Shown: positions 20,201 through 31,845 of the stretch, piece by piece
Position numbering within the stretch: the stretch's first letter is position 1
Layout of the letters: each line of letters opens with the position of its first letter
Assembly (NCBI GenBank): GCA_946965045.2
Contig: OX337236.1
Coordinates: forward strand, 1,054,001 to 1,118,000
Length of the DNA: 64,000 nucleotides
Source: Epithemia pelagica
Lineage: Eukaryota; Protista; Bacillariophyta
Direction: 5' to 3'
Notes under the pieces: model-generated
Seen by the model: only the letters and a program-made list of their open reading frames with translations
What the model was told of the DNA's origin: nothing
The model's database searches: none
Made by a program: the position numbers and the translations under genes

Positions 20201-21031
20201 CAAACCAATGCCGCATGTGCAGGAACCACACAAGCCATTGCCATGGCGCAAGACATGCTCATTTCGGGTCGCGCGGATCGTGTGGTTGTTGTTGCAGGCG
20301 ACAATGCCTCTGGCGATGTCTTGCTTCCGTGGCTTGGTTCAGGATTCCGGGCTTTGGGTGCCGCAACGATTGAATCGGCTGTTGAAGATGCCGCCCTTCC
20401 TTTTGACAAGCGTCGTTCAGGTTTGTTGTTGGGCGCAGGTGGCATTGGTATGGTTCTGGAAACAGAAATGAGCATGCTCGCACGGAAACAGCAAGCTTCG
20501 CCAAGAAGTTTTGAGGTGAAGGCCCGTTTGCTCCATACTCAGTACTCAAATTCTGCTTTCCACGGGGCTGCGTTGGATCGCAACCATATTGGTTCCGAGC
20601 TCAAACGTTTCTTACAAGACATTGAATTGGTGCACGGTATTAGCAAAGCGGAGGTGGCTACGCATGGAGTATACTTTTCTCATGAAACGTGTACCCACGC
20701 TACCTCTGCCACCAGTTGTGCCGGTAATGAAGTGGCGGCGCTTCGTTTTGCCTTTGGAGACGAACTCTTGTCCAAAATGTTGATTCTAAATACCAAAGGC
20801 TATACAGGACATCCCATGGGTGTATCTTTTGAAGACGTCACTGCCGTCGAAGTCCTTCTGCGACAAAAAGTTCCTCCCGTGCCAAACTACAAGGAGAAGG
20901 ATGAATACTTGGGAGATGGATTGAAGATTTCCCAAGGCGGGCCTTATGCATGCCGATATGCCATTCGTTTTGCGGCTGGATTCGGCAGCCAGGTTGCATT
21001 TGCGCTCTATGCCACCGCACAGTACGAATAG
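17275..21031 (+). CDS. HMGS: HMG-CoA synthase fused to a C-terminal beta-ketoacyl synthase domain (1123 aa); introns 17559..17843 and 18876..18975
   Basis: HMGS motifs GILAMEVYTP, RLEVGTETLVDKSKS, NACYGGT, FHSPYNKLVQKS, FSYGSG. KS motifs GPNTQTNAACAG (Cys at 20216), FSHET, KGYTGHPMG, FAAGFG. Both introns are GT-AG and restore one continuous frame (284+1032+2056=3372 nt). Confidence 0.92.
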
Positions 21032-21814
21032 ATGGAAGTCAGTCCCAAGTTACTCCTCTCCATGCGACATAGTTGACAAAAGGACAAGGCTGAAGGAACA
21101 GAGACCGAGGTGACTACCTAGGGCCTCGACAAGTATATGGTTGTCACCATATGTTGTGGAGCTCTCTCACAAGGCAAGAGTTTGCATTTGAGGATATTAC
21201 GCATACACCGAGAGGTACGATCAAATTGTGTACCAGTGCTAATCCATTTTAAGGAAAGACGTTATTACATGAGCTCGGATTAGGAAATAAAGCTATCGCA
21301 GAAAACGATTTTCCCATCAAATAGATTGCGCACTGGAAACATCGCTGCAGAGAAATGCATTAGGTGGGAGTAAGACGGTTAACGACACAAGAAACCAAAT
21401 GCGTTCCATTTCACCGAATACCTTGTTGGACGTCCAAATTAAACAGAAAACTGCTCTGTGATCCATGCAAACTCTAAAACAACATATTCAACACAGTCTA
21501 TTTCAAGTATGTCAGACTTAGTAAATATTCTCCGCTTATCGCTTTATATGAATACACTGCAAAGAGGCAAGATACCATCCACCTCAAGATACCCCATTCT
21601 AGAAGGACATCAAAATCAATCATAGTATAGGTTCCAGTTCGACCAAGCCGAAGGAAGCAATCCATTCAGTGTCTGTTCAAGGGAGAGGAATCCACCCCCC
21701 AACCAACCAAGCGTCTACGCGGCGAGCCCTGAATGCTGAACTCCGGTTCACCTTCTTTGTCACTGGCGTTCCTATGTGGCGGGTCCTGTGTGTCTCGGAC
21801 CTGGTGGCGTTTTC

Positions 21815-23362
21815 TTACGCTGGCACAGGTTCCGCTTGCGCAACAGGAAGCATTGCTAGTTCTGACTCTGTCATCGTAATCTCTCTGTCTTCAGACGCAT
21901 GAAATGAGACGTGCGTAGAACAGGTATTGTCTTTATTCAAACTGGCTCCACTTTTTTGGGAAGAGCCCTGACCAGAGAGTACTTCGTTGTATCTCCACCA
22001 TTCAAAGGGGGCATTGCCGGCTATCCTTCGGACGCGCCACTGTTTGGACCTTCGATGAGCACGTCGGCTCCACCAATAAAAGAACAAGAGTGAAGGAAAC
22101 AGGATAAAGATGGTTCCAGCACCAACGAGAATGGCCACAAAGCCTGATAAGGCGGCGGCGATCAATACTGAGATAACGGCAAAGAGAATATACCAGCAAC
22201 CCACAAGGGTAACTCCTTCAACTTTGTCATTTCGTATACACATGAGACAACAAACCACAAAAAGTCCGCAAACCGAAACAGGAAGAAGTATCCACAGGAA
22301 GTTAGGGAAGAAATAATCGTAACCAGTTTCGTAACAAGTCCACTTGTGGCAAAAACTGGCACTCTCGGAATCTTCATCCAAGCATTCGCAGGTGGCCATT
22401 TCAAATTCTTCTTCAGAATCCGTCTCGCCAATCCATCTTCTACAATATCTCTCATTCGAACTTAGTATTAAACACTGATAATGTTCGTATTCTCGAAAAT
22501 CAAGATTATGCTCATCATATTCTGCGCACCAGGGAAGGGATCATCCACAGTAGTCGAACGTTGTTAGCATCATCCTCTCATACAGAATCCCTTGAAGATA
22601 TGAGTTAAACAATCTCTTCTTACCTTCTTGTTTCCATTCCAAACATGCGCCTACATCGTTGACTTTGGTACATTCGGCTTCCGAGAATTCAATCTCCATG
22701 TGAGGTGTATAACTGCAATCGTAGCACTGCGCATCTCGGCAACACTTTTTTAAACAAAAGGTAGGTTGAGAGCAATTGGGAGAACATCCGTGGCATCTTC
22801 CATCACACTTCTTGGTCTCTCGTTGCTTGGTTTTCCAGGTTTTGCAATATTTGTACCCCAATTCGGTTTTGGCTACCGATGTACAATTGGAATAACCAAC
22901 CTCATATTCATTGTGCGATTGCTCATGGGAAGTCCAGGACATGCAAACATTTCCATCGAAATTGGTACCTTGACATTCATAATGCTCCCACTCATCATCC
23001 CAGTCGATTCCCTTGGCCAACATGGGATAGCCACCATTGTAGAATGGAAAGGAGTTACAAGTCATACCCACTCGCCGTGCCACATCCTCGTCTTTACAAT
23101 GAAGTACTTCCATATATCTTCCGTTGCTTGGATCTACAAATGTTTCCGTTACCATTGAAGCGTTCCCATACTGACACCGACTTATGTCCCGACAAAAGAG
23201 ATTGATGGATCGCTTCTTGCGGCAAGCAAAATTTTCACGGGGATCGAACAAGGTATTGCAACGCCAGGCATTGTTCACTTGAGGAATTTCGTCTTGCATG
23301 TGACCTGAACATTGAGCCGCTGAGAGTAACGACAGCAGCGGAAGCAATAGTTTCATTCTCAT
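21815..23362 (-). CDS. Signal peptide + Cys/Trp-rich repeat ectodomain + C-terminal multi-TM segment (481 aa); intron 22522..22623
   Basis: MRMKLLLPLLSLLSAAQC signal. The GTAAGA...GCAG intron joins ORFs 22541..23362 and 21815..22399 in frame (739+707=1446 nt). Three to four hydrophobic helices lie near the C-terminus. Confidence 0.8.
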
Positions 23363-24300
23363 GGTCGCAAAGTTGATCTGAAATTAAAAAAAGAATCCTC
23401 TTGTTGGATTGGGATTGTTCCAATCCTTGATGGGTGGTGCTTGGGGTTGGTCCGAATATTACAGACAGCAACAGAAAGGAGCCTCCCGGATTGAAAGCGG
23501 CAGCGGTTTTTTCCAATTGCCTGTGGTGTGAAGTGTGTTGTGCGTGGAAACCACGCGCAGACGATGTGACTGTGACTTCCCAGCGCTGCTTCATATCACA
23601 ACAATATGATATAGTGAAAAGGTATGTCACTTACAACCGCTGCGTTTTGAACAAAAAAATCTTCAGCAGAAGACAGTTCCGAGTGAGATTCTTTCGATCG
23701 CGACCACATGGGCCGCCCTGTGAGTCTGACGATATCGGATAGCTTCGCTACACGAACGACTTATGAAGCGATAATCTATAGGTTTTGATTGGTTAGTTTC
23801 CTCTGATGATCGGAAAGTAAGTCTCCTAACGAAATGTAAAGCCTAATACAATGAGTGAAGTGGAGCCGAATACGCGTCAGTGCATATCGAAATTTGAGAA
23901 CCCACACACCGTGATGGTTCGCGTCAAGGAAATGGCCCAATGTCGTCATGGACTAGCAGGGCTAGCAATATATTTTGTATCTCTCCCACTCCCAGCTCTC
24001 CCTCTAGTAGGAGAAGAGGAATCTTAAGTTGCAAGTGCGAGGAGAGGATTGATCCTAATCTTCATCGGCTCCTTGTGTCGAACTCTATCAAACGGAACAG
24101 AACCACAGTCGAAGATGCTTTCCCTCTCTCCTGAGTCATAATGGTGGATATTGTGTCGGAGCCCTGCTAATTTGTGCAGAATTGACTTTTATCACATCTT
24201 TCGAGGTAGGAAGTTGCAACACATACCCATGAAAAGCGAGATGCAGAAAATAAGATTTTCCATTTTAAAGATGGGCATTAAAAGAGTCGTTCTTCCATGT

Positions 24301-24963
24301 CTATTCCACTGGAACACCCAAACTACTCATGATGGTCCGAAGCGCTTTTTCGGCCATGACAACTTGTTTCTTGCTTTCATTCAAATATTTGAGTACTTCG
24401 TCTTGTCCACCTCCTGGGTTATATTCACCAAATTGTGATATGAAGGCCATCGAGTTCGACATGTTTACTGCAGAGCTCCATTCTTCGGACGCATCAAAAA
24501 ATGCCTCCAACTCGTCCGGATCCAAATCCATATTTTTGACCTTGGCAAATACCTTTTCAATCTGAAACAAGGGATCAGTTGTTGTTCGGAGCCCCAATGC
24601 TTTACGGATTGGATCGGCATCACGCTTGCATTCACCGCCATTTTCTCGGCAGACTGTTGTTTCGGACTCAAAATTGTCCAGGAGAAAGCGGATTTGTTTG
24701 TATCCCACCTTGAGGCGATCTAATTCGTCCTTGGTGGGTCCCGCCGAAGCAGCAAACGCCGGTTGTGGGTGCACCACATCTCCCAACGTTAACACGGCGG
24801 CAGTGGTCGAAGTCACCGCAAACGCCAAAGCCTCGCGACGTGATTGGACGGCGCTGTTGACAGATGCTGGATGCTGGGATGCCTGTCTTGGATCCAGAGA
24901 CGACAAAGAGTTCGCGAATCGAGCAAACCCTGCAAGGATCAACACTCCTCTAGTAATAATCAT
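24301..24963 (-). CDS. Putative plastid thylakoid-lumen protein (bipartite presequence with twin-Arg motif)
   Basis: Signal-like N-terminus, SRREALAF (Tat RR), hydrophobic stretch and AFA cleavage-like site, then a helical mature domain (CRENGGEC, LGLRTTTDPLF). Family not named with confidence. Confidence 0.78.
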   Translation of the reverse strand: MIITRGVLILAGFARFANSLSSLDPRQASQHPASVNSAVQSRREALAFAVTSTTAAVLTLGDVVHPQPAFAASAGPTKDELDRLKVGYKQIRFLLDNFESETTVCRENGGECKRDADPIRKALGLRTTTDPLFQIEKVFAKVKNMDLDPDELEAFFDASEEWSSAVNMSNSMAFISQFGEYNPGGGQDEVLKYLNESKKQVVMAEKALRTIMSSLGVPVE

Positions 24964-25270
24964 TGCGTTCGAAATCCACACTGGGGAAGGAAATGACTCC
25001 TAAAGGTAGACCTCTTTCTTACAACTTTGAATGAGTTGTCACCAGCAAAGATTTGGCATGGGATGGAGTCAAGCTGCCCAAGTGGAGTACGAAAGGATGT
25101 GGTCGCTCTTTTCGGTCGCTGTTCATTGTCGTGTCGCCGTTCACCAAAAAATAAAAATGTAGATGCAAGGCTAAGAGGTAACTCTAAAATAACATCTTCC
25201 TTTCGTCATCTGCTTTCAGATTCCTCCACTTTGATAATCACGCTACCTTATATATGCAATATGCCTGCCA

Positions 25271-26494
25271 CTATATCCCCTTGGCCGTTTCGTGTAGTAG
25301 CAAATGGGTGGTCTCGCTGTTGGGATCAAGATGGTATGCACAATTCAAGGGTAGTTTCCCTTGATGATCCGTAATGGTCAAAGCCTGTCGGTTGTACCGA
25401 ATAAGTGCTCGACATATCTCTACTGGATTGTCCACTCGTTTCGACGCATAATGAAGAGGAGTGCCACCTGAGCTTTGATTTTGACTTGTTAAAACCCATG
25501 GATACCTTTCCGCCAACAACTCAACAGATTCAGCTGTATTGTGTTTGGCTGCTAGTCGCAGCATCGATCGAATTGTATTTTGACCAATACGTGGCATTTG
25601 ATCCAATAAATGCAGAATCACGTCTTTTGTTTGATATCCAACTGCAGTCATGACCGGAGACCATCCTGATTGATTTTGAACCGACAGTGATACAGGGGCA
25701 TTTTCCACCAAGTAGGAAATAATTGCTAGATTGTCCTGATTGTTTCGTCCATATCGACAAGCACAATGGAGAGGGGTCCATCTTTTGTAGTCGATCGCGG
25801 CGATGCTCTCTTCACAGAGTGCATGAAGTCGTTTGATGGTTGAGACTGGTGCGTCGCTGAAGGCTGCATGGTGCATGGGATAGTGACCTCGCGAATCCTG
25901 CTTCCCCGCCGCTTCAGGATATGTATCCAACAAGAAGTCAACAACATCGGCCGACTGCTTCTTGTAAAAACTCAGTGCTACATGCAAAGGATATCGTCCG
26001 TCGTTAACAGGAGTGCAGACTGCGTGTGGATTTTGAAAATGCAAAAACTTGACCACTTCTAACGATGCATTCATTTCACAAGCAATGTCGATCGGTCGAT
26101 ACCCTGAAGTATCGAACATGGCTCCAGGATGGGCCTCAAAGACTTTCTCGACCAATTGAAGGGTAGGTTGCAGTTGTAACATGACAAAAAGAGGGTAGAC
26201 TTCCTCGACTCGGCCATCCGACAATTTGAATTCATATTTCCTTTGACAAATGACAGGAAATTGAGTGACTAAATCAAGAATTGCTTCGATATGCAACTTC
26301 TTTTCCGAGCTTGGACAATAGTCATCGATATGTTTCTGCAGCGTCAATTCTAGTATCCGTTGGGCGACGATGGTTCTCACAATCTCCTCTGCACCTGAAG
26401 GTAGATCAATTCTCTGAACAGAGCAGTATTCCTTGTCTTGCTTCTTCATCATCAGCTCTTCGTCATTTCGAGATCTACAAGGCGAAGATTTCAT
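25271..26494 (-). CDS. Ankyrin-repeat protein (407 aa)
   Basis: Repeated motifs RPIDIAC, YPLHVAL, YPMHHAA, TPLHCAC, SPVMTAV, TPLHYAS, LPLNCA. Confidence 0.9.
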   Translation of the reverse strand: MKSSPCRSRNDEELMMKKQDKEYCSVQRIDLPSGAEEIVRTIVAQRILELTLQKHIDDYCPSSEKKLHIEAILDLVTQFPVICQRKYEFKLSDGRVEEVYPLFVMLQLQPTLQLVEKVFEAHPGAMFDTSGYRPIDIACEMNASLEVVKFLHFQNPHAVCTPVNDGRYPLHVALSFYKKQSADVVDFLLDTYPEAAGKQDSRGHYPMHHAAFSDAPVSTIKRLHALCEESIAAIDYKRWTPLHCACRYGRNNQDNLAIISYLVENAPVSLSVQNQSGWSPVMTAVGYQTKDVILHLLDQMPRIGQNTIRSMLRLAAKHNTAESVELLAERYPWVLTSQNQSSGGTPLHYASKRVDNPVEICRALIRYNRQALTITDHQGKLPLNCAYHLDPNSETTHLLLHETAKGI

Positions 26495-26815
26495 GGCAGG
26501 ACAACAAGCAGCGGCAACAATCGGGGCTTTGAGTGTGTGATGGTGATTTTATCAAGAATGCTCTTAGCTTTACGATAAAGGTGCTGTTGTTGCACCGCGA
26601 AGCACGCTCTTCGGGTTGTTGGTTGTAATGTATCTGTACTCGTACAGATACATAGATAGTACTCCATAAGAGTGTATTAGCAAAACTATAGCCCACAAAG
26701 TCGGCATGTGCGCGAATCCGTTGAACGGAAGTCTGGTTGCCCGTGTGTCCGTTTATTCTTGTCGTGTATGAAAAGCAAGTGGCCGGACGGACGGTGGCCG
26801 GACGGGATTCGATGT

Positions 26816-26871
26816 CCCCAATCCCCAATCCCCAATCCCCAATCCCCAAACCCCAAGTCCCAAGTCCCCAG
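26816..26871. repeat. 7-bp tandem repeat (CCCCAAT)n, about 8 degenerating copies
   Basis: Four exact CCCCAAT copies followed by CCCCAAA, CCCCAAG, TCCCAAG, TCCCCAG. Confidence 0.95.
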
Positions 26872-27678
26872 CCACCCGAAACCCGACCCCGACCCCGACA
26901 CCCGCCACAAGTCAAGTCAAAGTCAGAAAGGGCGATGCCAGTCGCCAATGAAATGATTGGCCCATGATGCGTGAATTTTTCAAAGATCCCATCCATCACC
27001 CCATAGGCAATCTCATTCTCTTCCATGCATCCAGAGGACGAATCATCCCTGTGAAAAGCAGAGGCAGAACAAAGAGGTCAGTGACGATAAAGTATGCTTG
27101 TCACTTGCGAGAACTATACTATCAACGAAACAGTTTGGGCCAGTGAGGAAAAAACATTCGATTCCAACTGCTGTGTGACTTATCCCATACGAGAATGAGC
27201 AGAAACGAGACAACCACAATTCTCTGAGGCCTGTGTATGTGAGGCAAAGCAAAAACCTGCTATGTCCCCACATTGGCATGTACAAAGCTGCGTCCACGAG
27301 TTCTCATAGATCTGTGCTGCCTCTTCTTCGTTGACATACAGGCTTAGCTGCATATCCATTCATTTTGTCGTGAACTCCCAACCCCGTAAGTCGAGATCGG
27401 CGTAGAGCTTTTGTAACAACGACAGGATAGACGTGTCAATGATTCATAAAGTTTGAGATCGCAATGCATTCGTCAATGCAAGTGAGTGATTTTATGGTAA
27501 TTTACGGCTGAGACATGTTCGATTTATGTGCCTATGCTGAGAGTTTGACTTGACCAGCCTTTCTGGTTGTTCTCTTTGGTAAAACTCTCAACAAACTTGC
27601 CACTTCCATGTCATGCAAATCGCAGTGCCTGTCAGATCTGAATAGGACCCTACTCTTTCTCTCAAAACTCTGTCTGTT

Positions 27679-28569
27679 ATGGGAAACTCTCAGACGAGAC
27701 GAAAGTTGGTTTGGTTGGTAGCCTTGACTCTGTGGCTGGTGATCCAGTCGAGTGCCCATGCACTAGCAAGCACGTTACATCCGAAGATAGTTCCCAGAGG
27801 GTTGCGCCGTATGTCATCACAGTCCAAGGGAGCATTGGTTACTCTAAGAGGAGGAGAACAACATCTTCGATCTCTGAGCACTAGTGAACAAGACTCAACG
27901 GCCTCAACTATTTCCCAATCTGCATTAGAACAGAATCATCTCCAGCATGTTAAAACGCATGAAGCGACCTTGTTCCCTGTTACAGCTCTTGTGGTAACGC
28001 TTGGAAAGGCATACGCAGATTCTCTCGCCAAGCGTCCAATTGTGACAAAAAGCGTCACTGCATGTGCCATTTTTGGGATTTCAGACTACCTTGCGCAGCG
28101 ACTCGAATCCAAGGAAAGCTCCAGTAAAGCAACCGAAGCAGCAAACCAACTCAATTGGACACGACTATTGACGTCCATGGTCGTAGGCCTCTGTTATTTT
28201 GGTCCTGCTGCCCACGCTTGGTACGACATGATATTCAAATTGTTTCCTGGAACTGGTCTCCTGTCGACTTTACAAAAAGCAGCAATGGGACAAATGTTCT
28301 TTGGACCATCCTTCACCTGTATATTCTTTGCATCTTCCTTGTGGCAAGCTGGTCAATTCACACTGGGGAACTGGTTTCGCAAGATCCGAAAGGACTTGCC
28401 AGGTGCCTGGCTTGCTGGAGTCGGATTTTGGCCCTTGGTCGATCTGGTGAGTTACTCGTTTGTTCCCGTTCCATACATTCCTCTCTTCATCAATATGTGC
28501 TCGTTGGTTTGGACCATATACCTCTCCATGATCGCGAACCGTTCTTCTCCAGCACCTAGGTCGGAATAA
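27679..28569 (+). CDS. Mpv17/PMP22 family membrane protein with N-terminal targeting peptide
   Basis: RPIVTKSVT, DYLAQ, YFGPAAHAWY, DL...W, FWPLVDLVSYSFVP, LVWTIYLS motifs. Confidence 0.92.
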   Translation: MGNSQTRRKLVWLVALTLWLVIQSSAHALASTLHPKIVPRGLRRMSSQSKGALVTLRGGEQHLRSLSTSEQDSTASTISQSALEQNHLQHVKTHEATLFPVTALVVTLGKAYADSLAKRPIVTKSVTACAIFGISDYLAQRLESKESSSKATEAANQLNWTRLLTSMVVGLCYFGPAAHAWYDMIFKLFPGTGLLSTLQKAAMGQMFFGPSFTCIFFASSLWQAGQFTLGNWFRKIRKDLPGAWLAGVGFWPLVDLVSYSFVPVPYIPLFINMCSLVWTIYLSMIANRSSPAPRSE

Positions 28570-28895
28570 ACCGTGAGCATCTACTGCAACGACTACTCTT
28601 ATTTATTTCAAATACTTTAATTTGACTCATAATCGATAGTCGAACTAGAAAAGAATCGATGTTTAATAATTTCGCGTTCTTCCAAAACAACGCGAACGGT
28701 CTACAAATACCCCTAATCGATGTTTCCCTTTTCATCATCAATATAAAATGTCGTTGAGGGGAACAACGGCAGCCGATGTCTTCAGTATCAACATGCATCG
28801 ACAGTCCAAACTAGCCCAATATAATGAGATTATCTTGCGCCGCCAAAATAAGGAACATATGGTTCTCACGCTTAAACACAATCCTGTCATAAGGA

Positions 28896-29420
28896 CTACG
28901 TTCGTTGAAATTTCGGCATGACTCGGACGGGATAGGAGGTCACTCGACATTGGGTGACTGTCTGATCTTTTTTCGTGATGCCTCCTGATAGTAGCCGTTG
29001 ACTACGTCCCATTATGCGTGGTCTCGGTTGTGGTACAACAGGTCTTGGGTACGAGGGTATCCCGACGCCCCGTTTCAATTCCTCATCACGCTCATGGACA
29101 CGACAGTCTGGTTCCTTCACCGTAAGTTCTGCAAGACCCGGTCCCCGAACTCCTCCCCGACTCAATGGAATGGCGGTGTCTCGAGAAATATGAGTTTGTT
29201 CCATCAATGTCCTCCGGTGTCGTTCGTGACGACTGGATGCACGCTCATAAATGATGCGCCCTGCATTGACATTGAGATCCTTCTTCCGCAACTCAACCGC
29301 CTTTTCAGGACCTGACGATCCACGATCGTATACACTTTTAGAGCTTCTCCGTCGCTTCTTGATGGGGACTGGTTGCGGTACGTTGTGTTTGGTAAATGTC
29401 ATGGTCATCAAAGCCTCCAC
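28896..29420 (-). CDS. Hypothetical basic protein (174 aa)
   Basis: An ATG-initiated ORF occupying otherwise empty space, with a PIKKRRR NLS-like stretch. No family recognised. Confidence 0.4.
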   Translation of the reverse strand: MEALMTMTFTKHNVPQPVPIKKRRRSSKSVYDRGSSGPEKAVELRKKDLNVNAGRIIYERASSRHERHRRTLMEQTHISRDTAIPLSRGGVRGPGLAELTVKEPDCRVHERDEELKRGVGIPSYPRPVVPQPRPRIMGRSQRLLSGGITKKDQTVTQCRVTSYPVRVMPKFQRT

Positions 29421-29682
29421 TCATAAATCTGGCAAAGTGTTGTGCTCCAAAAAATTTCAACCGTCGGCAAAACCGTCAGTCTGTCACAATTTCGGAAGAT
29501 CCTCTGTACTCCTTATCAGCGTCCTGTCTCAATTAGAAGCTTAAAAATTATTCATAATCTTGTCGCGAGTAAATCTAGGGCGTAACTCACAGCATCGAAA
29601 AAGTTATGTCATCTACCTTCTCTTCTCTCCGTCTATTTACGGTAGACCGGAAAATATGCTAAGAGCTCCTAGAGAGAGTACT

Positions 29683-30112
29683 CCTCTAGTGCCTTCTTTC
29701 TGGGTGTGCCCATTACGGGCGAAAACGTACCATTGGGCACATAGTTTCAACTAGATAGAACTCAACCAATATTAGACCTACGGCAACATGTAGATGCTCA
29801 AACTTTTTCCTTAACACATCCTCTGTCACCATTGGATACTCCATGACACCCATCTATGACATATCTAGGTCATATGAGGACCTCCATTGTGCTCAATTTT
29901 AGGCATGTGGGCACACTTGGAATCCAATGTGATATGTCATAGATGGGTGTCATGGAGTATCCAATGGTGACAGAGGATGTGTTAAGGAAAAAGTTTGAGC
30001 ATCTACGTGTTGCCGGAGGCCCAATATTGGTTGAGTTCTATCTAGTTGAACTATGTGCCCAATGGTACGTTTTCGCCCGTAATGGGCACACCCAGATAGA
30101 AGGCACTAGAGG
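29683..30112. mobile_element. Fold-back / MITE-like element: 183/182-bp inverted arms around a 65-bp spacer
   Basis: 29683..29865 is the reverse complement of 29931..30112, with about 5 mismatches and one 1-bp indel. No coding capacity. Confidence 0.85.
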
Positions 30113-30184
30113 TAATGTCCTGTCTTGTACCTTTCAATTCAATTCCTCGTTCAACCATAAGCACTTGGTTTGACAGCCATTATC

Positions 30185-31483
30185 CTATTGAGTGGCGACA
30201 AATGGGGTTCCATTGACTGGTACGAATTGCCTTGAAATCTCTCGAGATCGAGCAAAGAGCTCCTGCGCTCGCTGAATGCCACCTTCACTGTAGATTGTCA
30301 ACACATTATCGAGGTCGCAACTAATGTTGCCATTACCGCTCGTTTTACTTGCCATCAGAAGGGCTTGACGCATTGCAAGAGCATCCAATATTGCAGTGTG
30401 TGCCCCGACCGCAGTGCGGGGGCTGGCCATATGAGCTGCATCGCCCAATAAGAGGACACGACCTCGGTGCACACGATCAGCACCAAATTCATACTGTGGA
30501 TGCGGTGAAATGGATCCATGTCGAAGCATGCATTCAATCAATCGAACTAATCCCGGAACATTACCAAAGTATGCTTTGAAATGTGGGACAAGCCACTGCA
30601 GAGAATCCTTTTCAGGGGCAAGAGATGACGACGAAGAGCGTTCCACAGTATGCGTAGCATGACGACTCGCGCCATCCTCCTTTTTGTCCCAATACAATGA
30701 TACTTCATCTTCAGGGGTAGCAATAAATGTGCCCATAGTCCAAATATCCTCGCCATTGTCTTTCGCCATCTTCAAAACTATTGTATCGAATATGCCATTC
30801 TTGTATACTCCTTCCTCGATGTTCTGAATTACATCAATGGGAAGATCTGACTCTGGAACGCTTCCTCTCCACACCACGTACCCAGCATACTCAGGTGACA
30901 CAAAACGATCAACCTTGTCCTTCAAGACATACTGGCGTGATTTAGAAAATCCACCGTCGCATACAACAACGAAATCGTAGGACACTCCTTCCACGACAAT
31001 TGCTTGAGATGGAGACGACGCGCCGGTTTGTTGTTGCGTTTCACCGGCATGAGTCAAGTTGTTGATTGTTTTCCCAAAATGCACGGTATCCTCGGGTAAG
31101 GAGTCATATAAAAACTTCCACAGATCCCCGTAGAAAAAAGATCCTTGATGACGAGAAGCTCGTTGATTTCGTCGCATCATGGGCTTACCAACAAGGGCCT
31201 CCCAAGCCGAAACTTGCACAAATCCCAAGCCACTTCCTTTTTCATGCAGAGGGCCGGAGGCGCGTTCGTATACATCCACCTTTTCAAAAACACCGCTACG
31301 GTGCAAAGCATTCGCTGCAGCAAGGCCACCCAAGGAACCTCCAATGACTGCCGCTCGACGACGATGATCCATCGCAACAATGCTGGACTTGGATGCGGTC
31401 GTTGTGGCCGTCTTGGAGGAGTAGATGGAAGAGGCAGAAGCGGAAGCAGTAGCCAAAGATGTCATCATCGAAGAGAGCTTCAT
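30185..31483 (-). CDS. FAD-dependent monooxygenase (group A flavoprotein hydroxylase; 2,6-dihydroxypyridine hydroxylase-like)
   Basis: VIGGSLGGL Rossmann motif, VCDGGFS (DG motif), YAGYVVWRG, LLGDAAH..P (GD motif). Confidence 0.92.
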   Translation of the reverse strand: MKLSSMMTSLATASASASSIYSSKTATTTASKSSIVAMDHRRRAAVIGGSLGGLAAANALHRSGVFEKVDVYERASGPLHEKGSGLGFVQVSAWEALVGKPMMRRNQRASRHQGSFFYGDLWKFLYDSLPEDTVHFGKTINNLTHAGETQQQTGASSPSQAIVVEGVSYDFVVVCDGGFSKSRQYVLKDKVDRFVSPEYAGYVVWRGSVPESDLPIDVIQNIEEGVYKNGIFDTIVLKMAKDNGEDIWTMGTFIATPEDEVSLYWDKKEDGASRHATHTVERSSSSSLAPEKDSLQWLVPHFKAYFGNVPGLVRLIECMLRHGSISPHPQYEFGADRVHRGRVLLLGDAAHMASPRTAVGAHTAILDALAMRQALLMASKTSGNGNISCDLDNVLTIYSEGGIQRAQELFARSREISRQFVPVNGTPFVATQ

Positions 31484-31845
31484 TCGAGAACTATGGTAAT
31501 CAACGAGACTTTGTCACCAATGGTGTTTTATGGTTTCAGCCAATTGAACATAACTCCGTCTCCATGCTCATTGTCATTCCCTCCATGTCCATGGTGGTTT
31601 CCATCATAGACGTGGAACTTCATCGAAAATCGAAACATCGGCGGTCACCGCAGCGCACACCGCACGGACTGCACGTCTTAAGAAAACTGAGGGGCCGTAT
31701 AGGGTTAAGGATTTAATCATTGACCAAGGAAACTCACCGAGAAAGAAACTGTGAAGTGAACAACATCAGGGACGATACCAACGAAGCGAGCCGCAAGTCG
31801 ATCCCTTAAAACAAACTGTATCCGCCAGACAAGGGCACGCTGCCG

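Noticed and set aside
31600-31845. Target-site duplication and telomere-like TAGGGTTAAGG at the CRE 5' end
   Set aside because: The 3' flank CGAAAGAATG has no convincing match upstream (only CGAAA), and the telomere-like match is a single degenerate unit.
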